Shown here in pieces: positions 9,385 to 18,980 of a stretch of DNA of 64,000 nucleotides. Within the stretch, counting starts at the first letter, position 1, and every line of letters starts with the position of its first letter. Origin of the DNA: Candidatus Krumholzibacteriia bacterium (GTDB lineage: Bacteria; Krumholzibacteriota; Krumholzibacteriia; Krumholzibacteriales; Krumholzibacteriaceae); NCBI GenBank assembly GCA_963770685.1, contig CAVYQN010000002.1, forward strand, positions 64,020 through 128,019, written 5' to 3'. Made by a program: the position numbers and the translations under genes. The notes below the pieces were generated by a model. It ran no database searches and was not told the origin of the DNA. It was given only the letters and a program-made list of their open reading frames with translations.

Positions 9385-11013
9385 TTGCTTGCAGGCGGTT
9401 GTGGCCGGGATGGGGGAGACGCGGACGGGCAGGGCAAGGGAAGGGGAGGGGCCGGGGTGGCGGGGAAGGTTGGCGGAAGGCTGGTCATCGGCATGCAGCA
9501 GGAGCCGGAGATACTCAACGAAGCCGTCAACTCGATGGTCGCCGGCATCTATGTTTGCAACATGATCTTCAGCAAATTCGTCAAGCACAACGACCGGATG
9601 GAGCTGGTCCCCGACCTTATAACGGCCATCCCGACCGTGGAGAACGGGGGCATCTCGCCGGACCATCTCACGTACACTTATCATCTCAGGGAAAACGCCG
9701 CCTGGCACGACGGGGTGCCGCTGACATCGGCCGACGTCGAATTCACCTGGCGGCTGATGATGCATCCAGACGTCAACGTCGAAACAAGACAGGGATGGGA
9801 CATTATAGACAGCGTCGACACGCCGGACGAGCATACGGTCGTCTTCCATCTGAGGGAGGTCTACGCGAACTTCGCGGGGGACTGTTTCTACGACGAATCG
9901 GTGCTGCCGGCCCACCTGCTCGGCGGGAAGCTCGGGCCGGAATTCCAGGGGCTCGATTTTCACCGGAGCCCCGTCGGGTCGGGGCCGTTCATCTTCAGCG
10001 AATGGGTCCCAGGCTCCCACATCACCGTCAGGGCGAATGGGGACTGGTACGGCGGCGAACCAGGGCTTCGTGAGATCGTCATCGTCTTCATCCCCGACGC
10101 CAACGCCCTGCTGATGCGGCTCGAGGCTGGTGAGGTGATGGCAGTGGACAACGCTCCGAACGAGCTTCTGAAGGTCGCCGAGAGGATAAGCGGCGTGACG
10201 GTACATCGCAACGCGGCGCTCTTCAACGAACACCTGGATGTCAATTTCGAAAATGAGATACTGTCCGACAGGAGGGTCAGGGCCGCCCTGGCCCGGGGGA
10301 TAGACCGCGAGGAGCTTTCGGAAAGGATATACGACGGTGTATGGATCCCGGCGTGGGGGGATGAGCATCCCTCATCGCCATATTACAGCGACGTTGGAAG
10401 GAAAAATTTCACCTTCGATCCCGCGGCCTCCCGGAAGCTGCTGGGCGAAGCGGGATGGGTGGACTCAGACGGGGACGGGATCAGGGAAAAGAACGGGAAA
10501 AGGCTGAGCATCGAGATCTCGACCACGACCGGCTCGCTGAACCGTGAAAGGACAGAGGTGGTCCTTCAGGAACAGTTCCGGTCCCTCGGTGTTGACCTTC
10601 GGATAAGGAACCACCACCCGACCGTCATGTTCGGCAGCTACGACGAGGGCGGTATATTGAAGACGGGGAGGTTCGATCTGGCGCTCTACGCATTTCTCGC
10701 TCCGCCGGATCCTTCGACGAAGGACGGAAGTTATTCGGAGCGGTTCATACCGCCCGCCGGCCAGAACTATTCGCGCATACGAAACGCGAGGCTCACGGAT
10801 CTTCTCGCGAGGGGCGGGAGAACCTTCGATTTTGCCGAGAGGAAGAGGATCTACGACGAGGTCGCGATGATCGTCGCCGATGAGATCCCGATCATACCGC
10901 TGCTGTGGGTGACCCAGCTCGACGCGATGCCTTCATCCCTCAGGGGGTACAGGCCGAATCCGACGCAGTCGGGGGACACCTGGAACGTCGCCGAGTGGCG
11001 GCTGGAGGAATGA
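9385..11013 (+). CDS. ABC transporter substrate-binding protein, family 5 (peptide/nickel, OppA/DppA-like), lipoprotein
   Basis: Track ORF 9385..11013 (TTG). The frame is open from 9361 (LIYLAVILLLAGGCG) with no ATG. ATG 9338 (MPATRKIS) is out of frame, so the signal-peptide start is probably lost to a 1-nt error. SBP_bac_5-like body. Confidence 0.85.
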   Translation: MLAGGCGRDGGDADGQGKGRGGAGVAGKVGGRLVIGMQQEPEILNEAVNSMVAGIYVCNMIFSKFVKHNDRMELVPDLITAIPTVENGGISPDHLTYTYHLRENAAWHDGVPLTSADVEFTWRLMMHPDVNVETRQGWDIIDSVDTPDEHTVVFHLREVYANFAGDCFYDESVLPAHLLGGKLGPEFQGLDFHRSPVGSGPFIFSEWVPGSHITVRANGDWYGGEPGLREIVIVFIPDANALLMRLEAGEVMAVDNAPNELLKVAERISGVTVHRNAALFNEHLDVNFENEILSDRRVRAALARGIDREELSERIYDGVWIPAWGDEHPSSPYYSDVGRKNFTFDPAASRKLLGEAGWVDSDGDGIREKNGKRLSIEISTTTGSLNRERTEVVLQEQFRSLGVDLRIRNHHPTVMFGSYDEGGILKTGRFDLALYAFLAPPDPSTKDGSYSERFIPPAGQNYSRIRNARLTDLLARGGRTFDFAERKRIYDEVAMIVADEIPIIPLLWVTQLDAMPSSLRGYRPNPTQSGDTWNVAEWRLEE

Positions 11014-12464
11014 ATCAGATGGCAGGGGGAACACGGCGTCTGAAATGGATCGCGCCGGCCGCGTTCGCGGCGGCGGTCTTTTACCTCCTGTCCCCGCAGC
11101 CGCGGGCTTCGGGCGGGACAGTCGTGACATTTCTCGGAGCCGCGGGGGAGGTCGGCGGCTCCTGCCACATGGTCGAAACCGGGATGCAGCGTTTCATCGT
11201 CGATTGCGGCGCCCTCGGCAAGGCGGGCGCCGCGGCGCTCCCCGAGGAACCTTCGGCCCTCTCCTTCGTAATTCTCACACACGGCCACAGCGACCACTGC
11301 GGCCTTCTGCCGGAGCTTTTCGAGGCCGGGTTCAGAGGCCCGGTCTACTGCACCGAGCCGACCGCGGCGATCGTGCCGGTGATGCTGAGGATGTCGCGGA
11401 ATTTCTCGAAGGACAGGGTCTCCAAGGAATCGTTCGAATCGTCGATCACGAGCTTCACCACATGCGCGTTCGGGGAATGGACGCGATCCGGAGACATCGC
11501 CTTCAGGTTCCGCAGGGCCGGCCATCTGCTTGGTGCGGCCTTCGTCGAGATAGCGATAGATGACGGCGGACGCGCTCTGACGGTCGTTTTCTCGGGGGAC
11601 CTCGGAACGGACGAGTCCCTTCTGCTGCAGCCCATGGAAAGATGCGGGCGGGCCGATTACCTGATCATCGAATCGACCTACGGAGGGATAACGAGGCCCG
11701 ACGGCGCGAGCGGCTCCGCGGGCAGCCACGCGGCTTTCGGAGCGGCGGTCGCCGAGGCTCTCGGGAGGGGAGGGGACGTTCTGGTCCCGGCGTTCACCCT
11801 GGGAAGAACGCAGGAGGTGATCGCCGCGCTCGATCTGTATTCCCGAAGCGGGCTGATCCCCCCCGGCACGGAAATCTTCACCGACAGCCCGACGGCCGGG
11901 AAGATAAGCGAGATATACAGGAGTTTTCCCTACCATCTTTCGGAATGGACGAACGGTTTTTACGGGGGAAAGATCCTCCGGTCGCCCGGTTTGCGGGAGG
12001 TAAGCAGCAAAACATCGATGAAGGCGCATTCGAGAAAGCACAGGCCGGCCGTTTTCATCTCATCGAGCGGGGATCTCGGCCACGCCAATTCGCCGAGGCA
12101 TTTCATGCGGATGTGCGCCGACTCGCTCAATCTTCTCTGCCTTGTCGGCTATCAGCCGCCCGGGTCGACCGGCCGAAGGCTCCAGGATGGCTGTTCGCCG
12201 GTTCTTGTCCGGCATCAGGAGGGCAGGACGATCGAGAAGGACTGGGTGGCGCCGGCGATAAGGATACAGAGGTTCAATTCGTTCTCGAGCCATGCCGACC
12301 AGGCGGGCCTGATCGACTGGCTTTCAGATATCGACGGCTTGAAGAAGGTGTTCATAGTTCACGGAGAGAAGGGGCAGTCGGAGGCCCTTGGAGCGAGGGT
12401 AAGGAGCGATCTCGGCCTCAAGGTCGAGATACCGGCGCGCGGCAGCTCTTTTGTGCTGCGCTGA
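11010..12464 (+). CDS. MBL-fold beta-CASP family hydrolase (RNase J/CPSF-like) with N-terminal membrane anchor or signal
   Basis: ATG 11010 overlaps the SBP stop (ATGA). WIAPAAFAAAVFYLL hydrophobic segment. HGHSDH motif, beta-CASP-like middle region, C-terminal SFSSHAD. Confidence 0.8.
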   Translation: MNQMAGGTRRLKWIAPAAFAAAVFYLLSPQPRASGGTVVTFLGAAGEVGGSCHMVETGMQRFIVDCGALGKAGAAALPEEPSALSFVILTHGHSDHCGLLPELFEAGFRGPVYCTEPTAAIVPVMLRMSRNFSKDRVSKESFESSITSFTTCAFGEWTRSGDIAFRFRRAGHLLGAAFVEIAIDDGGRALTVVFSGDLGTDESLLLQPMERCGRADYLIIESTYGGITRPDGASGSAGSHAAFGAAVAEALGRGGDVLVPAFTLGRTQEVIAALDLYSRSGLIPPGTEIFTDSPTAGKISEIYRSFPYHLSEWTNGFYGGKILRSPGLREVSSKTSMKAHSRKHRPAVFISSSGDLGHANSPRHFMRMCADSLNLLCLVGYQPPGSTGRRLQDGCSPVLVRHQEGRTIEKDWVAPAIRIQRFNSFSSHADQAGLIDWLSDIDGLKKVFIVHGEKGQSEALGARVRSDLGLKVEIPARGSSFVLR

Positions 12465-12530
12465 AGGGCGACCGGGCGCCGGCCGCGAGGCGGCGGCGCT
12501 TCGGGGCGCGAGCCCTGAAAAGGAAGAGCG

Positions 12531-13538
12531 ATGAGACGGTTTCTGCTCAGAAGACTCGCCTATACGGTGCCACTCGTGGTGCTCGTTTCCATCGTGGGGT
12601 TTGCTTTTCTTCACCTCGCGCCGGGCGGGCCGGCGGGTGTCATGACGGGCAACCCGAAGGTGACCGGCGAGGACCTGGACAGGATCGCGTCGAACTACGG
12701 GCTCGACAGGCCGCTGCCCGTGCAGTACCTGTGCTGGTTCAGGCAGGTCTTTCTTCGCTTCGACTTCGGCAGAAGCTACGTGACCGGCCGGAGCGTCTCC
12801 TCGATGATTCTCGAACGGCTCCCGGCCACCCTGGAGCTGATGTTTTCCGCCTTCGTCCTGGCGGTCATCGCGGGCGTTCTGATCGGAACGGTTTCGGCGG
12901 TGAAAAAGGGGAGCCTCCTCGATCAGGTTCTTTCGGTCGTGACGATGACCGGCATGTCGGTACCCGTCTTCTGGCTGGGCCTCGTGGCCATCTACCTGTT
13001 TTCGCTCAAGCTCGGCATATTCCCGGCCGGCGGAAGATCGGCTATCGGAATGGACGGTTCGCCGGCGGACCGCGTCATGCATCTCGCGCTTCCGGCTTCG
13101 GTGCTTTCCCTCGTCTACCTTTCCTCATGGGCGAGGTATATCCGGGACGGCCTTCTTGAAGCCTTCGAAGGGGAGTTCATAAGGACGGCGAGGGCCAAGG
13201 GGCTCGGCGAACGGGCCGTGATATTGAAACACGCGCTTAAGAACGCTGTTTTACCGGCCGTGACCGTGGTCTTCATGCAGCTCCCGACGCTTTTTACCGG
13301 GGCGGTGATAACGGAAACGGTTTTCTCGTGGCCGGGGATGGGGCGGCTCTTCTTCGAGGGGCTGCAGAGGCAGGATCATACGAGGGTGCTCGGCATAATC
13401 GTGGTCTCGTCGCTGCTGATAATTCTGTTCAACCTCGCGGGGGATCTTCTCGGCATGGCGATCGATCCAAGGATCGACAAAGGACGGTCCGGCCTGCCGG
13501 GAGCAGGGTCGCAGAAAAGGTCCCCGGCGATAACGTGA
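12531..13538 (+). CDS. ABC transporter permease (DppB/OppB-like)
   Basis: Track ORF intact. Six-TM BPD_transp_1-type sequence with MRRFLLRRLAYTVPLV start and EFIRTARAKGL loop. Confidence 0.9.
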   Translation: MRRFLLRRLAYTVPLVVLVSIVGFAFLHLAPGGPAGVMTGNPKVTGEDLDRIASNYGLDRPLPVQYLCWFRQVFLRFDFGRSYVTGRSVSSMILERLPATLELMFSAFVLAVIAGVLIGTVSAVKKGSLLDQVLSVVTMTGMSVPVFWLGLVAIYLFSLKLGIFPAGGRSAIGMDGSPADRVMHLALPASVLSLVYLSSWARYIRDGLLEAFEGEFIRTARAKGLGERAVILKHALKNAVLPAVTVVFMQLPTLFTGAVITETVFSWPGMGRLFFEGLQRQDHTRVLGIIVVSSLLIILFNLAGDLLGMAIDPRIDKGRSGLPGAGSQKRSPAIT

Positions 13539-13557
13539 AGTGACTGGAGAATATTCG

Positions 13558-14454
13558 ATGAGAGCGGCGTCGATCGGCACAGGAAGAGCGTTGAGCGGGA
13601 TTTTCCCCTCCGTATCGGCAGGGGAGAAAGCCGGCCCGCTGCGCCGTTTCTTCGATGACAGGCCGGCCTCGATCGCCCTCATGCTGATACTGCTCGTCGC
13701 CGGCATCTCCGTCCTCGCGCCCCTTTTCACGCCTTACGGAGCGAACGGCATAGACCTTCGGAACATCTCGTCGTCCCCGACCCCGGAGCACGTCCTCGGC
13801 ACGGACGAACTGGGGCGGGATCTTTTTACAAGGCTCCTTTACGGCGGCAGATTCTCGCTTCTTGTATCCTTCCTATCGGTGCTGACCGGGGCGGCGATCG
13901 GGATCGCCCTCGGGAGCCTCGCGGGGTATTTCAGGGGCGCAGTCGATATGGCGGTCGCCTGCCTCATCGATCTTTTTCTCTCGATCCCCGTTTTCCTCGT
14001 GCTTCTCGTGGCCGCCGCCGCGGCGAGGGGAAGCTTCTGGGTCATCCCGATGGTCATCGGGGCCACCTCGTGGATGGAGACGGCGAGGCTCGTGAGGGCG
14101 AGGCTGATGCAGCTCGAAGGCGAGGAATACGTCGACGCGGCGAGATCGCTCGGCGTGGGCGGCGCGGGGATCGTCATAAGGCACCTGCTGCCGCAGGCCC
14201 TGCTTCCCGTCACGGTTTCGGCGACGGTCGGATTCGCCAACGCGATGCTGATGGAGAGCTCCCTGAGCTTCCTCGGATTCGGGATACAGCCCCCCATGCC
14301 CACGTGGGGGAACATGCTGAGCAACGCACAGGCGCTGCTGAGGTCCTCGCCGGCTGCGGCGTTCGCGCCCGGATTGATGATTTTCATGATCTGCCTTTCG
14401 TTCAATCTCGTCGGAAACGGGATCAAACGAGCCCTTGCGCCTCGCGAGCAATAA
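13558..14454 (+). CDS. ABC transporter permease (DppC/OppC-like)
   Basis: Track ORF 13540..14454 (GTG). ATG 13558 has GGAGA 8 nt upstream. HVLGTDELGRD and EYVDAARSLG motifs. Confidence 0.88.
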   Translation: MRAASIGTGRALSGIFPSVSAGEKAGPLRRFFDDRPASIALMLILLVAGISVLAPLFTPYGANGIDLRNISSSPTPEHVLGTDELGRDLFTRLLYGGRFSLLVSFLSVLTGAAIGIALGSLAGYFRGAVDMAVACLIDLFLSIPVFLVLLVAAAAARGSFWVIPMVIGATSWMETARLVRARLMQLEGEEYVDAARSLGVGGAGIVIRHLLPQALLPVTVSATVGFANAMLMESSLSFLGFGIQPPMPTWGNMLSNAQALLRSSPAAAFAPGLMIFMICLSFNLVGNGIKRALAPREQ

Positions 14455-14545
14455 TATTACCCTTCGTCCGTCGACAAGCGTGCGGTTTTTCCGCATGGGC
14501 CGCCGCGCGCGATCTCATTCCTTCCGGCGGCGGGCACGGGCGTTG

Positions 14546-15603
14546 ATGTCGAAGGAGGGGCGATCTGGCTTCCAAGGTCAAAGGTATAGGCCTGATATCG
14601 GGCGGCCTCGATTCGCTGCTGGCCGTGGCCGTGCTTAAATCGCAGGGGATCGAGCTTGCCGGCATCCACGTCCTCATAGGCTTTTCGCAGGAAGACATGA
14701 AAAGAAGGGTTTGCGAAGGAGTTCCGCCCGCGCAAATCGCCGAAGAAAAAAGCCGCCGGTTCTCCGATCTGCTCGGCATCCCGGTCGAGGCCCCCGATCT
14801 CTCGCGCGAATTCCTCGAAATCCTGCGAAACCCGAGGCACGGTTACGGCAGGAATATCAATCCCTGCATCGACTGCAAGATATTCATGATGAGGAAGGCG
14901 AGGGAACGGATGGACGCCCTGAATGCCGATTTCGTCTTCACCGGCGAGGTCCTCGGGCAGCGCCCCATGTCGCAGAACAGGGAGGCCCTGAGAACGGTGG
15001 AAAGGGAAAGCGGCCTCGTCGGGCGCCTTCTCAGGCCCCTCTCCGCGCTGCTTCTGCCTCCGACCGAGGTTGAGCAGAAGGGCCTCGTGGACAGGACGAA
15101 ACTGCTCGACATCCAGGGGAGATCGAGGAAAAGGCAGCTCGAGCTCGCACCGCTCCTCGGCGTCACCGGTTACGGGGCGCCGGCGGGGGGATGCGCCCTG
15201 ACCGACGAGAATTTCGCGCGAAGGTACCTCGACAGGGTCGGGATATCCCGGTCCGGAGCCTCCCGGTCCGGAGGATATGTTTCTGATGTCGATGGGAAGG
15301 CACCTCAGGATCTCCCCGCGGACCCTTCTTGTCGTCGGCAGAAATCTCCGCGAGAACGAATATCTGGAGAGCGTATGGGCGCGCGGGACTCTCGCTTCGA
15401 CTCCCGACCACCCGGGACCGACGGTCCTTATAATCGGCGATCCCGACGAGGCGGATCTCGAGGCCGCGGCCTCCGTGACCGCGAGGTATTCGGACGGCAA
15501 GGGGATGCCTTCGGTGAAGGTGATCGTCTCGGGCGGGAGAGAGACTCGGGAGTTCGACGCGGTCCCCGCGGGGGACGGCGACCTGGATCGATGGAGGATC
15601 TAA
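14546..15603 (+). CDS. PP-loop ATP pyrophosphatase, ThiI C-terminal-domain-like (no THUMP domain); 2 frame breaks
   Basis: ATG 14546 (MSKEG). Removing one G from the G4 run at 14557-14560 gives DLASKVKGIGLISGGLDSLLAV (SGGxDS PP-loop). NPCIDCKIFMMRKA, FTGEVLGQRPMSQ. Second break near 15235-15240 joins to track ORF 15277..15603. Confidence 0.65.
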
Positions 15604-16107
15604 GAGCCCTGCCGCAAAGATTTCCTTATCAGCAGCTCATGGCTCCTGAAAGCGAGGGGTGGCAGGGCGCCCAGCTCGAAGAAGGCCGCGTCGGCCGCGT
15701 CGTCGCCCGCGACCGGAGTTCCCTCGCTTCTCGCGAACCGGTATCCGGTGATCACCAGGGACGTCCCGTAGAATTCGCTTTCCTCATGTATGACGTCGAC
15801 CAGGACCGGCTCGTAACCCTTGACCCCCGTCTCTTCCTCCAGCTCCCTCGCCGCGGCTGCGGCGGGGCTTTCGCCTATCTCGATAAATCCGCCCGGAAGG
15901 GCCCAGCGTCCGGAGCCCGGTTCCCGGTTTCGCAGCACGAGAAGGATCCGACCTTTGTCATCGAACACGACCGCCGTGGACGCGGGCACGGGGTTGTCGT
16001 AAATGAAACGTTTCTTCCGGGACGCAGAAGATGCGTTCCCTGCCTTCGTCCAACTTCTTCGAAAGCTCCCTGCCGCAGAAGGGGCAGTATTGCCATCTTT
16101 CCTTCAC
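15600..16107 (-). CDS. NUDIX hydrolase with N-terminal Cys4-type zinc ribbon; one frame break near 16005-16015
   Basis: Track ORF 15600..15989 has the Nudix box GGFIEIGESPAAAAARELEEETGV. The upstream piece in another frame reads VKERWQYCPFCGRELSKKLDEGRERIFCVPE. GTG 16107 is the likely start. Confidence 0.75.
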
Positions 16108-16310
16108 CGTATCCTCCGGTTCCGCGCGCCTCGGCCGGCGCGGCGATGGTTCTTGACGTAATAATAGCCGATCGGCCTTCGCCCGCAAGGTTGAAGTTGC
16201 CGCGCCCTCCCCGGGCGATGTAAAATCCCGGCGGGCGGAAAACGGAGAAGGGGGTGAAATCGCCGCGGAGGTCCCGGCGGAGGCCGGATCTTCCCGGGGC
16301 GGGAAGAGGC

Positions 16311-17243
16311 ATGGAAAGATCATTCGACGCGGTGGCGTTCGGGTATACGGCGGTCGATTTTCTCGCCACGGTGCCCGGCATCCCCGAAATCGACACGAAG
16401 ATGGAGATCGATCATCTCGATATACAGGGTGGAGGCCCGGCGGCGACGGCGGCAGTCACCATGAGCAGGCTCGGCCTGAAGACGGCATTCGCCGGCAAGG
16501 TGGGGGACGATATAGCGGGATCGATGATGCTTCGCTCGCTCGAGTCCGAAGGGGTCGACGTGTCGGGCGCAATCGTGGAGAAAGGCGGAAGGTCCCAGAT
16601 CGCGTTCATAATGGTAGACCGGACGACGGCCTCGAGGACGATTCTCTGGACGCGGGGCTCCGTCTCCCCGATCGATCCGGACGAGCTGGATCTCGGGATC
16701 ATAAGGAGATCGCGCGGGCTGCTGATCGATTCGCTCGAGCCGCGCGCCGCTCTTGCCGCCGCGAAAACGGCCGGGGAAAGCGGCGTCCCGGTCGTAATCG
16801 ACGCCGGCACGCTCAGGGAAGGGATAATCGAGATACTGCCTTTCTGCGATTACATAGTGGCCAGTTCCCTTTTCGCTTCGCAGATATCGCGCGGGGGAAC
16901 GAACGACGACGCCTTGAGGATCATCGGAGGCTTCGGCCCGAAAGCCTCGGTGATAACTCTCGGCGGCGGCGGATGCGTCGCGATGGCGGGCGGGTCGAGG
17001 ATCGAGTCGGCCGCCTTCGCGGTCGACGCCGTCGATACGACCGGAGCGGGGGACGTGTTCCACGGCGCTTTCCTCTTCGGGGTGATCCGGGGGTGGGACG
17101 TCGAAAGGATTATGGTTTTCTCGAACGCCGTGGCCGCGATGAAATGCCGGAAGACGGGTGGAAGGGCGGGCATCCCGGATTTCGGCGAAGCCCTGTCCTT
17201 TCTCCGCGAGAGGGCGCCGCTCTTCGATTTCGGCGTTTCGTGA
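16311..17243 (+). CDS. PfkB-family carbohydrate/nucleoside kinase
   Basis: In-frame ATG 16311 (MERSFDAVAFGYTAVDF). DTTGAGDVFHGAF signature. Confidence 0.85.
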   Translation: MERSFDAVAFGYTAVDFLATVPGIPEIDTKMEIDHLDIQGGGPAATAAVTMSRLGLKTAFAGKVGDDIAGSMMLRSLESEGVDVSGAIVEKGGRSQIAFIMVDRTTASRTILWTRGSVSPIDPDELDLGIIRRSRGLLIDSLEPRAALAAAKTAGESGVPVVIDAGTLREGIIEILPFCDYIVASSLFASQISRGGTNDDALRIIGGFGPKASVITLGGGGCVAMAGGSRIESAAFAVDAVDTTGAGDVFHGAFLFGVIRGWDVERIMVFSNAVAAMKCRKTGGRAGIPDFGEALSFLRERAPLFDFGVS

Positions 17244-17254
17244 CCCGCCGCGAC

Positions 17255-17749
17255 TCACCGCGGAAGCTCTACGTGCTCCACGCTGCCGCTGACGGTATCG
17301 AACAGGGCGAATCCCGCGTCCTCGAAAAGCCCCAGGAGCTCGCCGGGATTGATGTGGATCGCAGGGCCCGCGCCCTCCGCGAGCCGCCTGTGGGTGTGGC
17401 CCGAAAAAACCGCCAGGTAACGGCCGGTGGCGGCGAGGCCTCCTCCGAACTCCGGCCGATGCGTGAAGGCTATCGTCCCCTCGTCCGTTTCGATTTCGCC
17501 CATCTCTCCATGCACCTTGACGTTGGAATGCGCGGCGGCGAACTTCACGATGGCCACCCGGTCGCCGTCGTTGTTCCCGAAGACGATGTGGACCGGTCCC
17601 GCGAACCGCGCCAGCCTCTCTATCATGAACGGCGAGCAGATATCCCCGCAATGAACGAGGATGCCGGCGCCGGACAGGTTTATCAGGTCGATCGCCTTCT
17701 CCACATGTTCGAGATGGTCGTGAGAATCGCTTATCACCGCTATCTTCAT
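17255..17749 (-). CDS. Metallophosphoesterase, YfcE/MJ0936 family
   Basis: ATG 17749 gives MKIAVISDSHD. Also GDI, GNNDGD, GHTH motifs. The upstream part of track ORF 17255..17983 is Arg/Pro junk. Confidence 0.85.
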   Translation of the reverse strand: MKIAVISDSHDHLEHVEKAIDLINLSGAGILVHCGDICSPFMIERLARFAGPVHIVFGNNDGDRVAIVKFAAAHSNVKVHGEMGEIETDEGTIAFTHRPEFGGGLAATGRYLAVFSGHTHRRLAEGAGPAIHINPGELLGLFEDAGFALFDTVSGSVEHVELPR

Positions 17750-18060
17750 TGCCAACGCTCCTGTTCTTTTTCCGGCGCCGGGCCGGGGGGGCAGCCGGGC
17801 CGGTTCGGGACCGGGCTCTCGCGGCCCGGCCGTCCTCATGCGGGCCGCTTCCGCTGCGCGGCCGGGTGGCCCGGTCATTCCGCCACCGGCGATTGTACAC
17901 GCGCCGGACGGTTGTTTACACTGGAAAAGATGAGCCGGCGCGCCGGCCCGGCGCGCTCCCGTCCGAATCATTTTGACATTCATCCGTCTTTTCGATTAAT
18001 CTCGGTCCCGGCAGCCATCGCATTTCCATCGCGCTGGCGTACCGTGAAGGGGGCGGTTAC

Positions 18061-18906
18061 GTGGCCGGAAAAAAAGACGGAAAAGAATCGCCGGTCATAG
18101 CGTTGCTGACCGATTTCGGATGGTCGAGCTGGTACATCGGCGTGATGAAGGGGGTCGTCTGCTCGATAAACCCGTCGGCCCGAATAATAGACCTGTGCCA
18201 TAACGTCTCCCTACACGACGTGAGGGAGGGCGGTTTCATCCTGGGCAACAGCTTCAGGTACTTCCCCGAAGGGACGATATTTCTCTGCATCGTCGATCCG
18301 GGTGTGGGCGGGAAGCGAAGGAACCTGATCGCCGAGACGGAAAACCACTATTTTGTCGCCCCGGACAACGGCATACTCAGCTCCGTCTTCGAGAAGGAAC
18401 CGGCGAGGAGCGTTTTCGAGTTCTCGCCGGGGGAATACACGCTGGCCCCGCACGGCTCGACATTCCACGGAAGGGATCTGTTCGCCCCGATAGCGGCGCA
18501 CCTGTCGCTGGGCGTGCCTCCCGCGGCCATGGGCACGGAGGTCAAATCCGTTCTCACCGTGCCGGCCGTGATGCCATACCTCAACAAGAACAGGGACGTG
18601 TCCGGCAGGGCGGTCTATGTCGACACCTTCGGGAATATCATAACGAATATAAGCGAGGAATTTCTCGATTCGGCCTTCGCGGGGCGATGGAGCCCGGAAA
18701 AGCTCACGATAAGGCTCGCCGGGAGATCGATCAACGGCATTCAAAGGTACTACGAACAGGGGGAAAGCGGCGGACTGATGGCCCTGATAAACAGCTGGGG
18801 TTACCTCGAGATAGCGGTGAACCGAGGGAACGCCTTTCAGAGCCTCGGCCTGCCGGAGAAAAGGTCGCTCGAAATAATAGTGTCGGGGGAATATTCCGCC
18901 GGATGA
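18061..18906 (+). CDS. SAM hydroxide adenosyltransferase / SAM hydrolase family protein (DUF62)
   Basis: IALLTDFGWSSWYIGVMKGV, PHGSTFHGRDLFAPIAAHL, INSWGYLEIAVNRGNA. Confidence 0.85.
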   Translation: MAGKKDGKESPVIALLTDFGWSSWYIGVMKGVVCSINPSARIIDLCHNVSLHDVREGGFILGNSFRYFPEGTIFLCIVDPGVGGKRRNLIAETENHYFVAPDNGILSSVFEKEPARSVFEFSPGEYTLAPHGSTFHGRDLFAPIAAHLSLGVPPAAMGTEVKSVLTVPAVMPYLNKNRDVSGRAVYVDTFGNIITNISEEFLDSAFAGRWSPEKLTIRLAGRSINGIQRYYEQGESGGLMALINSWGYLEIAVNRGNAFQSLGLPEKRSLEIIVSGEYSAG

Positions 18907-18980
18907 TCCCGGCGGCCGGCCGGCGGCGGAAATTTATCAATGAATAAATCTGTCAGGAAGTCTGTAGTACAGGTGTAAGG

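Noticed and set aside
11642-13159. 505-aa plus-strand ORF
   Set aside because: Off-frame overlap of the beta-CASP and permease genes. Extremely Arg/Gly-rich.
16320-17900. 526-aa minus-strand ORF
   Set aside because: Antisense to the well-supported PfkB kinase gene and off-frame to the yfcE-like gene. Arg-rich with no recognisable motifs.
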